Of a DNA stretch of 39,400 nt, positions 1 through 11,204 are shown one piece after another (the first letter of the stretch is position 1; every line of letters starts with the position of its first letter). The position numbers and the translations under genes were made by a program. The DNA is from Chiloscyllium plagiosum. Taxonomy: Eukaryota. The DNA lies in assembly GCF_004010195.1 (NCBI RefSeq), contig NC_057749.1:25662531-25701930 (forward strand), written 5' to 3'. The notes under the pieces are model-generated. The model searched no databases. It had not been told where the DNA came from and saw nothing but the letters and a program-made list of their open reading frames with translations.

Positions 1-234
1 ATCTTCTTCCCGACCTCTCCGCCCCCACCCCAGTCTGACCTATCACCCTCACTTTGACCTCTTTCCACCTATCACATTTCCGACGCCCCTCCCCCAAGTC
101 CCTCCTCCCTACCTTTTATTTTAGCCTGCTGGACAAACATTCCTCATTCCTGAAGAAGGGCTTATGCCCGAAACGTCGATTCTCCTGTTCCCTGGATGCT
201 GCCTGACCTGCTGCGCTTTTCCAGCAACACATTT
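1..234 (+). mobile_element. Penelope-like element 3' terminal region (pLTR), truncated by window edge
   Basis: Pyrimidine-rich tract followed by cctgaagaagggcttatgcccgaaacgtcgattctcctg...gctgcctgacctgctg...ccagca; homologous to 32426-32596 and 19638-19729. Confidence 0.85.
146..181 (+). ncRNA. Minimal type I hammerhead ribozyme motif (PLE-associated)
   Basis: CTGAAGA (150-156), A, stem II GGGC-TTAT-GCCC, GAAACGTC (170-177); partial stem I attc/gatt. Confidence 0.7.
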
Positions 235-405
235 CCATCCCTGAACTTTCCCATGGCCAATTCACCTAATCTGCACATCTTTGGATTGTGGGGGGAAACC
301 AGAGCACCCAGAGGAAACCCACGCAGACACGGGGAGAATGTGCAAACTCCACACAGACCTGGGTCCATGGCACTGTGAGGCAGCAGTGCTAAGCACTGAG
401 CCACT
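235..405 (-). mobile_element. HE1-type tRNA-derived SINE (5' part)
   Basis: Reverse complement reads ggctcagtgcttagcactgctgcctcacagtgcc...gtggagtttgcacattctccccgtgtctgcgtgggtttcc...ccaaagatgtgcag; same family as 23623-23938. Confidence 0.85.
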
Positions 406-1285
406 CTCCCACTGCACCATCATGATCAAGAGGAGGCTGAATGTGGGGTTGGGTTATATTACTCTCCTCTGGACTACGATTAAGCCAGAAGCAGTTCATT
501 TGCTCATCTCAGCTCCGCATTAATGCGATATGTTGGACAGTTAAAGATTAAGACTCAAACTCGTATACATCAGAGCAAACAGTTTTTAAAGATAACCAAG
601 AAGGCAGTGGATAGTCTAGGTCAAGACATAAGTAATTGTGTTGGTGTCAACTTTGAGGGATTAACAGAAAGCTTATACTGACAAGTGGAATAAACATTTG
701 CAAAGAGATCAGTTAACCGTGGCATAGAGTGGATGGTTATCTAAATTAGCTGTCAAACTGTTCTCCAAAGATCCATGAACAGAGAGATCATGGGGTCTTG
801 TTTGTGAGAGTACTTTTGAAATTACCGACGGTCTATGTAAACAAATAGCTTCTAAAAGGTTTCTCAAGGACAATTAAATATGTGTTTGAAGTGGGAGAAC
901 TGAGTTGTAAGAAACAAGGTCATTTCGCAGCCTCTGGAAGAGGGAGAGAAATTGAAAGCTACTCCTTTGTAGCAAAGCTCAACATTTAAACATGTGGATC
1001 GGACCCCTCAAGCCCCGAATCATATTGGAAATGCCAATCACGGTGGTGGGGTGGGGGGTTGGATTGCATCAATCAAGGAAATATTGCCCTACCCCCCCAC
1101 ATTCATCTCCAAAGGAGATTGGAAGGAAATAGTGAGCAGGTGCTTTCCCAGAAGGAGAAACCAGTAAAACTTCAAAAGGCGCATACTAGTCGAGCTTGTT
1201 TTGTGTACCTCAGGACAGTGCTCTCTGGTATAACCAGTACACCCAATTCCAAGAACTGCTGTTTACTTTTTCTGGTTTGTATAAG

Positions 1286-1450
1286 CTCAGTTAGGTGGAT
1301 TGGTCATGCTGAATTGTCCGTAGTGTCCAGTGTACAGTGGGTAAGCTATGGGAAATGCAGGGTTAAAAGGATAGGGTACAGGGTGGGTCTTGGTGGGATG
1401 TTCTTCGGAGGGTCAGTGTGGACTTGATGGACCAAATGGCTTCCACGCTT
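1286..1450 (+). mobile_element. HE1-type SINE, 3' half
   Basis: gttaggtggattggtcatgctgaattgtcc...gtgtggacttgatggaccaaatggc matches the 3' half of other copies in the window. Confidence 0.7.
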
Positions 1451-2087
1451 CTTCGCTCCTGTGCTTTCTGCTGATAACTTATTAATGTGACCTTGGTACA
1501 TGGGTTGGGGGACGGGACGGTGAGAAATGGGAGTGTGGGACTAGGTATGGACACAGAGGCGGCTGAGATTCTGTGGTGGAAGAAACGAGATGCTGCTCAA
1601 ACCTGTCATTGGCTGGGATATCAGATCTTTTCCCTGCAATGGGGATCTAGAATCCATTGACCTACAGCTCCATTTGCTGGATCCCCAATGGAGTAAGGCC
1701 AAGCCTAGTTGAGAAAGAGGCAGGGGTCGCAAGAGAGTCAGAGTGAAAGAGGCCACAAAGGGGCAGGGAGCAGAGGTGGACTGTGAAACTGAGTGGGGGA
1801 AGAAAGACCTTACAAGATGGGCAAAGGAGGCCAGGAGACTGGCAGAGGTTGGGGAGAGGCAGGCGTTGGATATGGGACAGTGTTGGGGGAGAGAAAAAGG
1901 AGGTTGTGGAAGGTTGGGGGGGGGGGAGGAAAGGAATGTTGCAGTGGGGCATGATGGGGAGAAGGAGGCTTCAAGTAGAGATGTGGTGAAAGAAGGGTTG
2001 GGAGGAAAAGTCCATAAAGGTCATAAAGGTGAAGAGAAGTTGGATGCAAAGGAGGGAGAACACTTTTAAGTCTGCCCACAAGGAATA

Positions 2088-2261
2088 CAGAGGAGCCTCA
2101 ATTATCCAGCATTCGATTATCCAAATATTGCATTATCCAGCATGATCGCAAGGTCCTAATGCTTGGCTAAACTATATTACCTGGCATTTCATTATCTGGA
2201 ATTTGATTAACCGAACAAAATACTCCCCACCCATGCCCTTCGGATAATCGAGGTTCCTCTG
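2088..2261. mobile_element. Tigger/pogo-like (Tc1/mariner) MITE, 174 bp
   Basis: TIRs cagaggagcctcaattatcc / ggataatcgaggttcctctg, flanked by TA on both sides (2086-87, 2262-63); internal repeated attatcc motifs. Confidence 0.85.
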
Positions 2262-2371
2262 TACACAAGTAACTGGAATCCAAGATAACTTCAATTCAGT
2301 GAGATCATGAAGTCCTTGAGAATGAATGTGCAATGTTTAGTTTAGGGCTGTGTAAGATCAGAAGTTACTTA

Positions 2372-3612
2372 CAGAGTCATAGAGATGTACAGCACAAACA
2401 CAGATCCTTTGGTCCAACTTGTCCATGCTGACCAGATATCCTAGGTTAATCTAGTCCCATTTGTCAGCATTTGGCCCATATCTCTCTAAACCCTTCCTAT
2501 TCATGTACTCATCCAGATGCCTTTGAAATGTTGTAACTGTACCAGGCTCCACCACACCGTCTGGCAGCTCATACACATCACCCTCTGCATGAAAAAAGTT
2601 CCCTTTTGGTTGTTTTAAATCTTTCCCCTCTCACCTCAAACCTGTACCCTCTGGATTTGGACTCTGCTACCTGGGAAAAAGACCTTGACTATTCACACTA
2701 GCCAGATCCCTCATGATTTTATAAACCTCTATAAGGTCACCCCTCAGCCTCTGTCACTGCAGGGAAAGTAGCCCCAGCCTATTCAGCTTCTCCCTATAGC
2801 TCAAATTCTCCAGCCCTGACAACAGCCCTACCAAAATGCAGCACCTCACATTTATCTAAATTAATCTCCATCTGCCACTCCTCAGCCCATTGACCCATCT
2901 GATCAAGATCCCATTGTCCTCTGAAGTAACCTTCTTCACTGTCCAGTACACCACCAATTTTTGTGTCATCTGCAAACTTACTAACAATACCTCCTATATT
3001 CACACCCAAATCATTTGTATAAATGACAAAAAGCAGAAGACCCAGCACCGATCCTTATGGCACATCACTGGTCACAGGCCTCCAGTCCACAAAGCATCTC
3101 TCTACCACCACCCTCTGTCTCCTATTTTCAAGCCAATTTTATTTCCAATTGTCTAGCTCTCCCTGGATTCCGTGTGATCTAACCTTGCTAACCAATCTAC
3201 CATGTGGAAACGTGTTGGTTGTCTTGTTGAAATCCATATAGCTAATTTCCACTGCTCAGTCTACATTAATCTTTTTTTTGTCACTTCTTCAACAAACGTA
3301 ATCAAGTTGTGAGACATGATTTCCCATGCATAAAGCTATGCTCCTTGCCTTTCCAAAGGCATGCCAATCCTGTCCCTCAGAATCCCCTTCAACAACTTAC
3401 CCACCACTGAAACAGGCTCACCAGTCTATAGTTCCCTGGCTTTTCCTTACCACCCTTCTTAAATAATGGCACCACATTAGCCAACCTCCAGTCTTCTGAC
3501 ATGCCACCCTATCGATGATACAAGTCAGCAATTACTTCCTAAGCTTCCCACAAACTTCTGGGATACACCTGATCAGACCCTGGGGGTTTATCCACCTTTA
3601 TCTGTTTTAAGA
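2372..3612 (-). mobile_element. CR1-clade LINE (HER1-like), 3' part with decayed reverse transcriptase
   Basis: ORF 2794-3048 LGLLLFVIYTNDL...SKFADDTKIGG...WQMEINLDKCEVLHFGR; CR1 3' tail ctctatgactct. Confidence 0.9.
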
Positions 3613-3615
3613 CAT

Positions 3616-3742
3616 GCAGGCTAGGTGATTGAGCTACGGTGAATGTGGGGTTACGGTATTGAGTGGGGATGGAATGTTCTTGGGAAGGTTGGGGCAGACC
3701 TGATGGGCTGGATGGCCCCTATCTACACTGTAAGGATTCTAA
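3616..3742 (+). mobile_element. HE1-type SINE 3' fragment
   Basis: gcagacctgatgggctggatggcccctatctacactgtaaggattcta tail. Confidence 0.55.
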
Positions 3743-4315
3743 GGTAGCACAGTTTCTGCAAGACATCCTGGAATAAGTATTTAGCTCTTTCATTTCATAC
3801 TCAAGAGGTTAAGGCAAAGGTCCGAGTGCCTACACATCATGCTTTACTAAGAACTCAGCACATGTGCAGACTGAAATATACACAGGTAAGCCACACACCA
3901 TACTGGATACTTAGGAGTCTGATTTAAACCTGTACAATGGGGCAACCATTGTGCAGGCCCCACTCCTGGGCAATTAGTTAATCAGCCACACAGTCCAAGG
4001 AGTTTCCCATCTTACTGAATAAAGTTGGCGGGCAATTAGTTACTTGGAGTGGGGCGTATCCTGCAGCTGAATTTCCAGCTTAGTACTTGCACTTCATCAC
4101 ACACACAATGCTAAAACTTTGGCTTGTATGCTTATACATTTTTTCACACTGGCTGATGCTAAAATTAACATTGTAATCTCTGCTATAATCTGAATGCTCC
4201 AAGCTACACTGTGAAAAATGACCTTGAAATAATTAACTTACCTTAAATTGTTGCTCTAGGCATATTACATTACTTCATACCCTTCATTGTTATCCTAGTT
4301 GTTGTTTTTTGTCAG

Positions 4316-4820
4316 GGAGTCATAAAGTCATACAGCACGGAAACAGACCCTTTGGTCCAACCAGTCCATGTGGAACATAATCCCAAACTAAACCTGGCCC
4401 ATATCCCTCCAGACCTTTCCTGTTCATGTCCTTATCCAAAGATTTTTTTTAATGTAGTAATTGTATCCACATCCATCACTTCCTCAGGAAGTTCATTCCA
4501 TACACAAACCATCCTCTGCGTAAAAGATTTGTCCCTCATGTCTTTTTTAAATCTATCTCCTCTCACCTTAAAAATGTAGTCTTGAAATTCCCACATACTA
4601 GCGAAAGAAAACTACCATTAACTCTATTTATACCCCTCATTATTTCATAAACTTCTATCAGTGGCCTCTCAACCTTTTACGCTCCAGCGAAATTAGTCCA
4701 GGCCTATCTAGCCTTTCTTTATTACTCAAACCTTCCAGACTCAGCAACATCCTAGTAAATCTCTTCTGAACCCTCTCTAGCTTAATAATATCCTTCTTAA
4801 AACTTGCACTCAGTCTTCCA
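4316..4820 (-). mobile_element. CR1 LINE 3' fragment
   Basis: gagtcataaagtcatacagcacggaaacagaccc tail; homologous to 2372-2800. Confidence 0.85.
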
Positions 4821-4962
4821 GACATAAGAAACAACAAGCTTTTGTGTAGCGCCTTTTATATCTATTATATATTTGATATATCTGGTCTATGCAAAGATGA
4901 CATAGGTTCCAATATGTGCAGAAACATTATTGTGTAATATTCTTTATAATGCTTTACACAAT

Positions 4963-5622
4963 TGTTATGAAGTTGAAGGTGTGTACTGTACCTTTAAAAG
5001 AGAGTGAAAGCTGAAAAGCTGGCAAGCGCTAGTCATGTGACTGACTAGCAGGCACAAATTGCACTGGGCAATTTGAAGATGTAACATTTGGGCTGTAACC
5101 TAGATATATGAGTTGTTTTCACAGCAGATTGAATTTTACCAATTGGTTTAAATTATGCCCCAAGATACCAAACCCAATCAAATTTGAATTTTACTGAAAT
5201 GAGATGATCTGATGTTTGGAGTTAAAAAGCCGGCATTTTGGACAGTTAGGCAGAGAGAGAGCACCTTCTGCCATCGACAGACTGCTATTCAAAAACGCTC
5301 TCTCTTAAAGGGAACTTTCTCATATGAAACATCTTTGCAGCAGAAAACCGAAGACAACCCATTTTGATTTTGCTGTAAACTTAATAGGGGCTTTATAGGA
5401 TCAGTATTTTATTGTAGAGTAGAAGGTAGATAACAAATCTTTAAGAGAAAGGAGGCTTGGAGTTGTAAATAGAAGTTAAAGAATAAGATTGTTATTTTTT
5501 TCTTTAAGTAATGGAATTTGGGTAGTTCTCTGTCACTCATACATTAACAAATTATGAGGCATGGTGAGCTTTTCTGTGTGTTTGATTTAATTAGCAGCAG
5601 GGTTTATCACCATGTTGTAACA
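4963..5622. mobile_element. Solo LTR (660 bp), probably Gypsy/ERV type
   Basis: Begins TGTTATGA and ends TTGTAACA (TG...CA, short inverted ends); 4-bp TSD caat at 4959-4962 and 5623-5626. Confidence 0.75.
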
Positions 5623-6175
5623 CAATGATTTCCAAAATATGTACGATATTTCATTCTTTTTACAGCTTGTACACTTTTCTTTGGGTCTCCATCTAGGCTC
5701 AACTAATCCAGCACAGTGAGCACAAACAGTAAACAGTCTCACATAATCACATCACACTTGAACACTGCAATGTCCTCAGGACATCTGGAAATAATTCATT
5801 GATTGAGGTCAGGTCAGTAATTTTATATAAAAATAAAGTTTTACACAACATTGCCTGAATGCAATGAGGAAGCTGACATGTGACATGGACTCTAACACAA
5901 GCAATATTCGCTTCCTTCCTGTACAATGGCCAGCTAACACTTTATTCCTTGGCGCAAGATATCCACCTAACCTAAATGGTTATTTTAATTAGAAGCACTA
6001 TGCAGGGAAAAAAATAGTAATGTCTCATTTACCAGGCACTTAATTATTAAACATTGAAACAAAAGCAGGAATTGCTGGTGAAACAAAGCAGGTCGGGCAG
6101 TACCTATGGGGAGATGGTGTAGTTGTGATAAAGGTTTGGGGTGTAGGTTTGCTCGCTGAGCTGTAGGTTTGATAT

Positions 6176-6215
6176 CCAGACGTTTCATTACCTGGCTAGG
6201 TAACATCATCAGTGG
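6176..6215 (-). ncRNA. Minimal hammerhead ribozyme motif
   Basis: Minus strand: cca CTGATGA T GTTACCT-AGCC-AGGTAAT GAAACGTC tgg (stem I cca/tgg). Confidence 0.7.
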
Positions 6216-6478
6216 CGACCTCCAAGTGAAGCGAAGCTGTTGTCTCCTGCTTTCTATTTATATCTTTCTCCTGGCTAAGCAAAGACATGCCAGAGAATTC
6301 CTAGAGGCCTGGCACTCCAACCACAACGCCATAAACAAACACATAGATCTAGATGCCATCTATCAACCCCTCAGAAAACGAACAGGAAATGACATCACCA
6401 CAAACCCCAGGAACCCCATCCAGGAGAAAGATATAAATAGAAAGCAGGAGACAACAGCTTCGCTTCACTTGGAGGTCG

Positions 6479-6518
6479 CCACTGATGATGTTACCTAGCC
6501 AGGTAATGAAACTTCTGG
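6479..6518 (+). ncRNA. Minimal hammerhead ribozyme motif (stem III variant)
   Basis: cca CTGATGA T GTTACCT-AGCC-AGGTAAT GAAACTTC tgg; G>T change breaks the ACGT palindrome. Confidence 0.6.
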
Positions 6519-6831
6519 ATATCAAACCTACAGCTCAGTGAGCAAACCTACACCCTAAAAACCTCAACCTGAGCTACAAACCTTCACAAACCTTGTGATA
6601 AAAGTCACTGGACTCAAAATGTTCACTCTGCCTTCTCCTCACAGACACTGCCAGACTTGCTCCGACAATTTCTGTTTTGTTTCAGATCTCCAGCAACCAC
6701 TGTTCTTTATTTTGCATTAAACATTGGTTTTGAATGTAGCCCTCCAAGACACCTTCCTGTTTTTAAAACTTTTTTGTGGGATCTTGAACCTGAATCACTG
6801 GTTTTTCCCTCAGATGGATTTATGATTCATA

Positions 6832-7087
6832 TAAACCCTACAGCGTGGAAGCAGGTCATTTTGCCCATCAAGTTCACAGTGACCCTGCAAAGTGCATTTC
6901 ATCCAGACCCACCCCATCATAGTAACCCTGTATTTCACATGGTTAATCCACCTAACCTGCACATCTTTGGACTGTGGGAGGGAACCCGCGCAGATACGGG
7001 GAGAATATGCAGACTCTGTCACCCAAGGTGGGAATTGAGCCCAGGTCCCCGGCACTGTGAAGCAGTAGTGCTAACCACTGAACCACC
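6832..7087 (-). mobile_element. HE1-type SINE
   Basis: Reverse complement of ggtggttcagtggttagcactactgcttcacagtgccgggg...cccacagtccaaagatgtgcaggttaggtggatt. Confidence 0.85.
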
Positions 7088-7137
7088 ATTCATGGGTCTA
7101 TTCTGCAGGAAAGCAGGAGAGCTGTACCGAATGTTGT

Positions 7138-7305
7138 AGCTAATATTTAACCCTCACCTAACATCATTGAAGCAGTATACCAGGTCATCACTGAATCCTT
7201 GTTTGTGCATAGCAAACTCCAACATGCATGTTGCTGCGTCTCCTACATTACGACAGTGAACAGCATTCACAATTGCTTAGTTGTCTTTAAATGCAAGTTT
7301 TTCTC
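7138..7305 (+). mobile_element. Ancient Deu-domain SINE remnant (SacSINE1/AmnSINE1-like)
   Basis: taatatttaaccctcacctaacatcattgaa...gctgcgtctcctacattacgacagtg...aaatgcaagttttt resembles the recalled Deu-SINE 3' half; heavily diverged. Confidence 0.45.
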
Positions 7306-7469
7306 TTTACTTTCTCCCTAGCTATCTCCTCGACATGCTGGGAAAAGCGAGAGCTTATCAATTAAAATGGCCATGTGTTTAGCCCTTCAAAGGGCAATTA
7401 GGCTGTCATGACATCGTGTGTTGGATTTTCATTCTTGAAGCTGGTAGCCAGAGTCACAAACTTGTCAAA

Positions 7470-7782
7470 AGTGAGGACTGCTGATGCTGGAGTTCAGAAT
7501 TAAGATTAGAGTGGTGCTGGAAAAGCACAGCAGGTCAGGCAGCATCCGAGGAGCAGGGAAATTGACGTTTCGGGCAGGATCCCTTCATCAGGAATGAGGC
7601 TGGGAGCATCTGGGCTGGAGAGATAAATGGGAGGCGATGGAGCTGGGGAGAAGATAGCGAGTGTGTTTCAGGACATGGTTGAAGAGCTTCAGGGCAGAGG
7701 AGATGAACCAGGGGTGGGGTTGGAATGTTGTAGTGAGAGAGAGAGACTCACTGAGATCTTTGTAGAGAGAGGTTGACAACCC
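7470..7782 (-). mobile_element. Penelope-like element terminal region with hammerhead core at 7560-7595
   Basis: Minus strand: attc CTGATGA A GGG-ATCCTG-CCC GAAACGTC, followed by ctcctcggatgctgcctgacctgctgtgcttttccagca. Confidence 0.85.
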
Positions 7783-7995
7783 TAACACCTTTCCTGAGGC
7801 ACAGTGACCTTCAAATTAAATCACAACCAGTCATCTCACTTTAACATGAGAGTCACAAACTTACCTGGTCTGATGTGTCCACCTCAAGAAAAACTGTTCA
7901 CAGAGCTGCCCAACGTTCATTCCAGTGATGTTGGTGGCTGGAGCTGGAGGGTGAATGTTGGGTGTTCTGGGCAGCTCCCCCCCCCCCCGCCCCCC

Positions 7996-8901
7996 CACAA
8001 GGGATGCGTTCTCAGCCCCCTACTGTACTCCCTGTACCCCCATGACTGTGTTGTCAAAATCCAAGCAATTACATCTACAAGTTCGTTGGTGACACCACTG
8101 TAGTGGGATGAATATCTAACAATGACGAGTCAACATATAGGAGGGAGTTGGTGTTGTGGTACAATGATAACAACTTCTCTCTCAACATCGGCAAAGCCAT
8201 ATTAACTGATCATAGACTTCAGAAAGAAGGGAGGAGGCCACACCCCCATCTATATTGACGGAGCGGAGGTTTTGAGAGTCGACAGCGTCAAGTTCCTTGG
8301 AGTGACGATAACCGACAGCTTGTCCTGGACTTCCCACATAGATGCGATGGTCAAGAAGGCACAACACCTCTTCTTCCTCAGGTGGCTCAGGAAATTCGGT
8401 ATGTCCATAAGGAACCTTACCAACTTCTACAGATGCACCAGTGACAGCATACTGTCCTGATGCATAATGGCCTGACAACTGCTCTGCCCAGAAACTGCAG
8501 AAGGTGGTGTACACAGGTCACCAGGAAGCCAACTTTCCATCCACAGACTCTATTTACACAGCTCGCTACCACGGAAAGGCTGCCAACATCATCAAAGACC
8601 CATCACACCCTGGTAATATCCCCTACAACCTCTTCCATCAGACAGAAGATACAGAAGCCTGAACACACACACCGGCAGGTTCAGGAACAGCTTCTTCCCA
8701 GCCATTATTAGACTGATGAATGGGCTCTTGTTAACACTGACCTTGCCTTGCACACCCCCTGTGCAAGGTAATCCGAATGCCCCGTCTAAGTTTTTTGATC
8801 TGTTGGTCCTTGCTTACTATGATCTACTTGTACTGCTTGTATACAAAGCTTTTCACTGTACCTCGGTACACGTGACACTAGATCAATCAATCAATCAATC
8901 A
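7996..8901 (+). mobile_element. Rex1/Babar-type LINE, 3' part with decayed RT
   Basis: KGCVLSPLLYSLYPHDC, RVDSVKFLGVTITDSLSWTSHIDAMVKKAQHLFFLRWLRKFGM; 3' end aaagcttttcactgtacctcggtacacgtgac plus (atca)n tail. Confidence 0.85.
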
Positions 8902-8944
8902 AGAAGAATTTAGAAGCTACCATAAGAGACTGTCGACATGAGCC

Positions 8945-9768
8945 CTTGAAGGATCCAGCTCAGTGGAGTTTAATGTGGATAAATGTGAGATTTTGCATTT
9001 TGGTAATACAAACAAAGACTTATACAATTAATGTTTGGGGTTGTGGGTAGAAATGTAGAACAGAATGACCCAATGGTTCAGGCACATAAATCTTTGAAAT
9101 TTGTGTCACTGGTAGGCAGGGTGGTTAATAAGATGTTTAGCACCCTTGCCTTCTTTGCTCAGACCTTTGACTGTAGGAATTGGGACGTCATGTTGAGGTT
9201 GTACAGATATCGCTGAGGCCTCTTCTGGAGTACCATGTCCAGTTCTGACCACGCTGTTATTATTATTAAACTGGAGACGGTTCAGAATAGATATACCAGG
9301 ATGTTGCTAGAAATGGGGGATTTGTGATATGAAAGTCAACTGGATAAACTGGGACTTTTTTCATTGCAATGTAGGAGGTTGGGAGTGGAGGTGAATTTAT
9401 TGAGGTTTATAAAATCATGAGGGGTATAGATAAGGTGAATACCAAGGGCCTCTTCCCTAGGATGGGTGAGTTCAAAACTAGGGGCATATTTTTAAGGTGA
9501 AAGGAGAAAGATTTATAAAGGACATGAGACGCAACATTTTTTACACAGAGAGTGGTTCATGTGGGGAATGAATTGCCAGAGGAAGTGGTGGATGCAGGTA
9601 CAGTTATAATGCTTTAAAAATGCTTGGATAAGTTCATGAATAAGAAGTGTATGGAGGCTATGCCAAAGCACAGGCAGGTGGGACTAGTTTAGTTTGGGAA
9701 AATGGTCAGCATGGACTGGTTGGACCGAAGAGTCCGTATCCATGCTGTATGGCTCTATGACTATGACT
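8945..9768 (+). mobile_element. CR1 LINE 3' part
   Basis: gagtttaatgtggataaatgtgagattttgcattttgg (FNVDKCEILHFG); ends ctctatgactatgact. Confidence 0.9.
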
Positions 9769-9879
9769 CAATGCTGTGGAACTGAGCCACCTTACAATAA
9801 AAAAAAACCCTCTCCTCTCATACCTTTCCCCCGCCACATATTTCAATGCCCCAGCAATGCCACTTTTTGCCCTCCACCT

Positions 9880-10380
9880 ACACCCCCATTGCGGCCCAGA
9901 GGTTCCAAGCTGATTTATGTCCCTGTGTGGGGTCTCCATGATCCCTTGTACCCTCAATGCCAAGCTATCCCCTTTCAGCCATGACATCATCATGACACAT
10001 CCATGATCCACATACAGTATGGTGCTCCAGTTGAGGCCTGCACTCCAGCTATCATTGAAAGGCTGCTGCAATGATTTGTTATGCACAGATACAGGCTTGC
10101 AGACTGGACCAGATGAACTCCCACATATGCTTACTCCCTCTCTTGCTCACTTTGGGTCTGAGCACCAATGGTTAGGGCGATGGGCTTCATGTCTTTGCAC
10201 ATATCCAGTAGAGACTGGGAGCTGCTTCTCAAGATCAGTCCAAGAGCTGGTCCCTGTTCCTATGGTGGTCTTGGTCTTGAGGCATCTTTTCTCACATTAG
10301 GTTTCCACCGATACTGGATTTCCCCAATTCCAGTGCAGTTACTTAAAGACGACCAACTTATACGACTTCTGTCTTGAGAA
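9880..10380 (-). mobile_element. Possible highly decayed PIF/Harbinger transposase remnant
   Basis: Minus-strand WLKGDS...METPHRD resembles the WLLGDSGY...LMTP motif, with CHD nearby in another frame; fragmentary. Confidence 0.3.
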
Positions 10381-10626
10381 TGCTTCATATTTCATTATTT
10401 TTAGGGTCCTTTTTTCTTTGTCATTCACCACGCAAGTTCTTTGCAGTGTGGGAATGTCCTTAACTCTCTCGCATCTTCATAATACAGACTGCATTGTCAG
10501 TTCGATACATGCACCTCATTTAAAGGTAACACAACTTGCATTTGTGTGGCATAAAATTAAGACTGACTCCTAATGTTAATATATTGTTTTTGAAAAATAA
10601 TAATTGAAGCCAGAGACATTGTGTCA

Positions 10627-10945
10627 TCATAGAATCTCAGAAGTGTGGAAGCAGGCTATTTGGTCCATCGAATCCACACCAACCCTACCCCCTACCATAT
10701 CCCTGTACCTCACATTCCCATAGCTAATCCACCTGGCCTGCACACCCTTGAACACTATGGGCAATTTAGCATGACCAATCCTGCCCCTTTGGACTGTGGG
10801 ATGAAACCAGAACACCCAGAGGAAGCCCACACAGACACAGGGAGAACGTGCAGATTCCACACAGACAGTCACTCAAGGCTGGAATTGAACCCAAGTCCCT
10901 GGCGCGGTGAGGCAGCAGAGCTAACCACTGAGCCACCATGCTGTC
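10627..10945 (-). mobile_element. HE1-type SINE, near full length
   Basis: tRNA-like head (gcatggtggctcagtggttagc...gggttcaattcc), central conserved domain, gattctatga tail. Confidence 0.9.
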
Positions 10946-11204
10946 ATCTACTATGCCAGGTTGACTTGTAAGTGTGGTCCATGGCATGTTGTTTTTAATA
11001 TTGCTTTAAGTGCTCCAATATTAACTAAAATTAGAAGGAATGTGACTCCATGTAAGTTTTCAGGCCAGCTAGGTTATTTTGTAGATATGAAGACTCATCA
11101 CTGCATATGAATGAACTAGCCCTAGTGCTTCCTATTGCATTCAGTGGGTATTTAATAAGTAAACTACTTCAACTCCTACAGAAGTTTACAGACACTGAGC
11201 AGCC

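Larger units (their letters stand above)
6133..6592 (+). mobile_element. Penelope-like element fragment with inverted terminal repeat and GIY-YIG endonuclease C-terminus
   Basis: 136-bp inverted arms 6139-6274 / 6420-6555; peptide AKQRHAREFLEAWHSNHNAINKHIDLDAIYQPLR; 10-bp TSD ttgtgataaa at 6123-6132 and 6593-6602. Confidence 0.85.
6059..6695. mobile_element. Old degenerate PLE terminal repeats (inverted pair) split by a younger PLE insertion
   Basis: 6059-6125 is a reverse-oriented copy of the 3' tail seen at 6603-6695 (cacagacactgccagacttgct...tttcagatctccagca); decayed core tgataaaagtcactggactcaaaatgtt. Confidence 0.55.

Noticed and set aside
162..523. Recurrent ORFs such as MAQCLALLPH.../KPEHPEETHADTGRMCKLHTD (also at 10645, 20895, 23558, 33516)
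   Set aside because: Translations of HE1 SINE copies, not a protein family
516..527. 12-bp palindrome cgcattaatgcg
   Set aside because: Perfect palindromes of this length are expected several times by chance in 39 kb; no supporting context
1560..2079. Purine-rich region with several overlapping ORFs
   Set aside because: Low-complexity strand asymmetry explains the lack of stops; probably a decayed retroelement but not assignable
10860..10945. tRNA-like A/B boxes
   Set aside because: SINE head; no complete cloverleaf, so not called a tRNA gene
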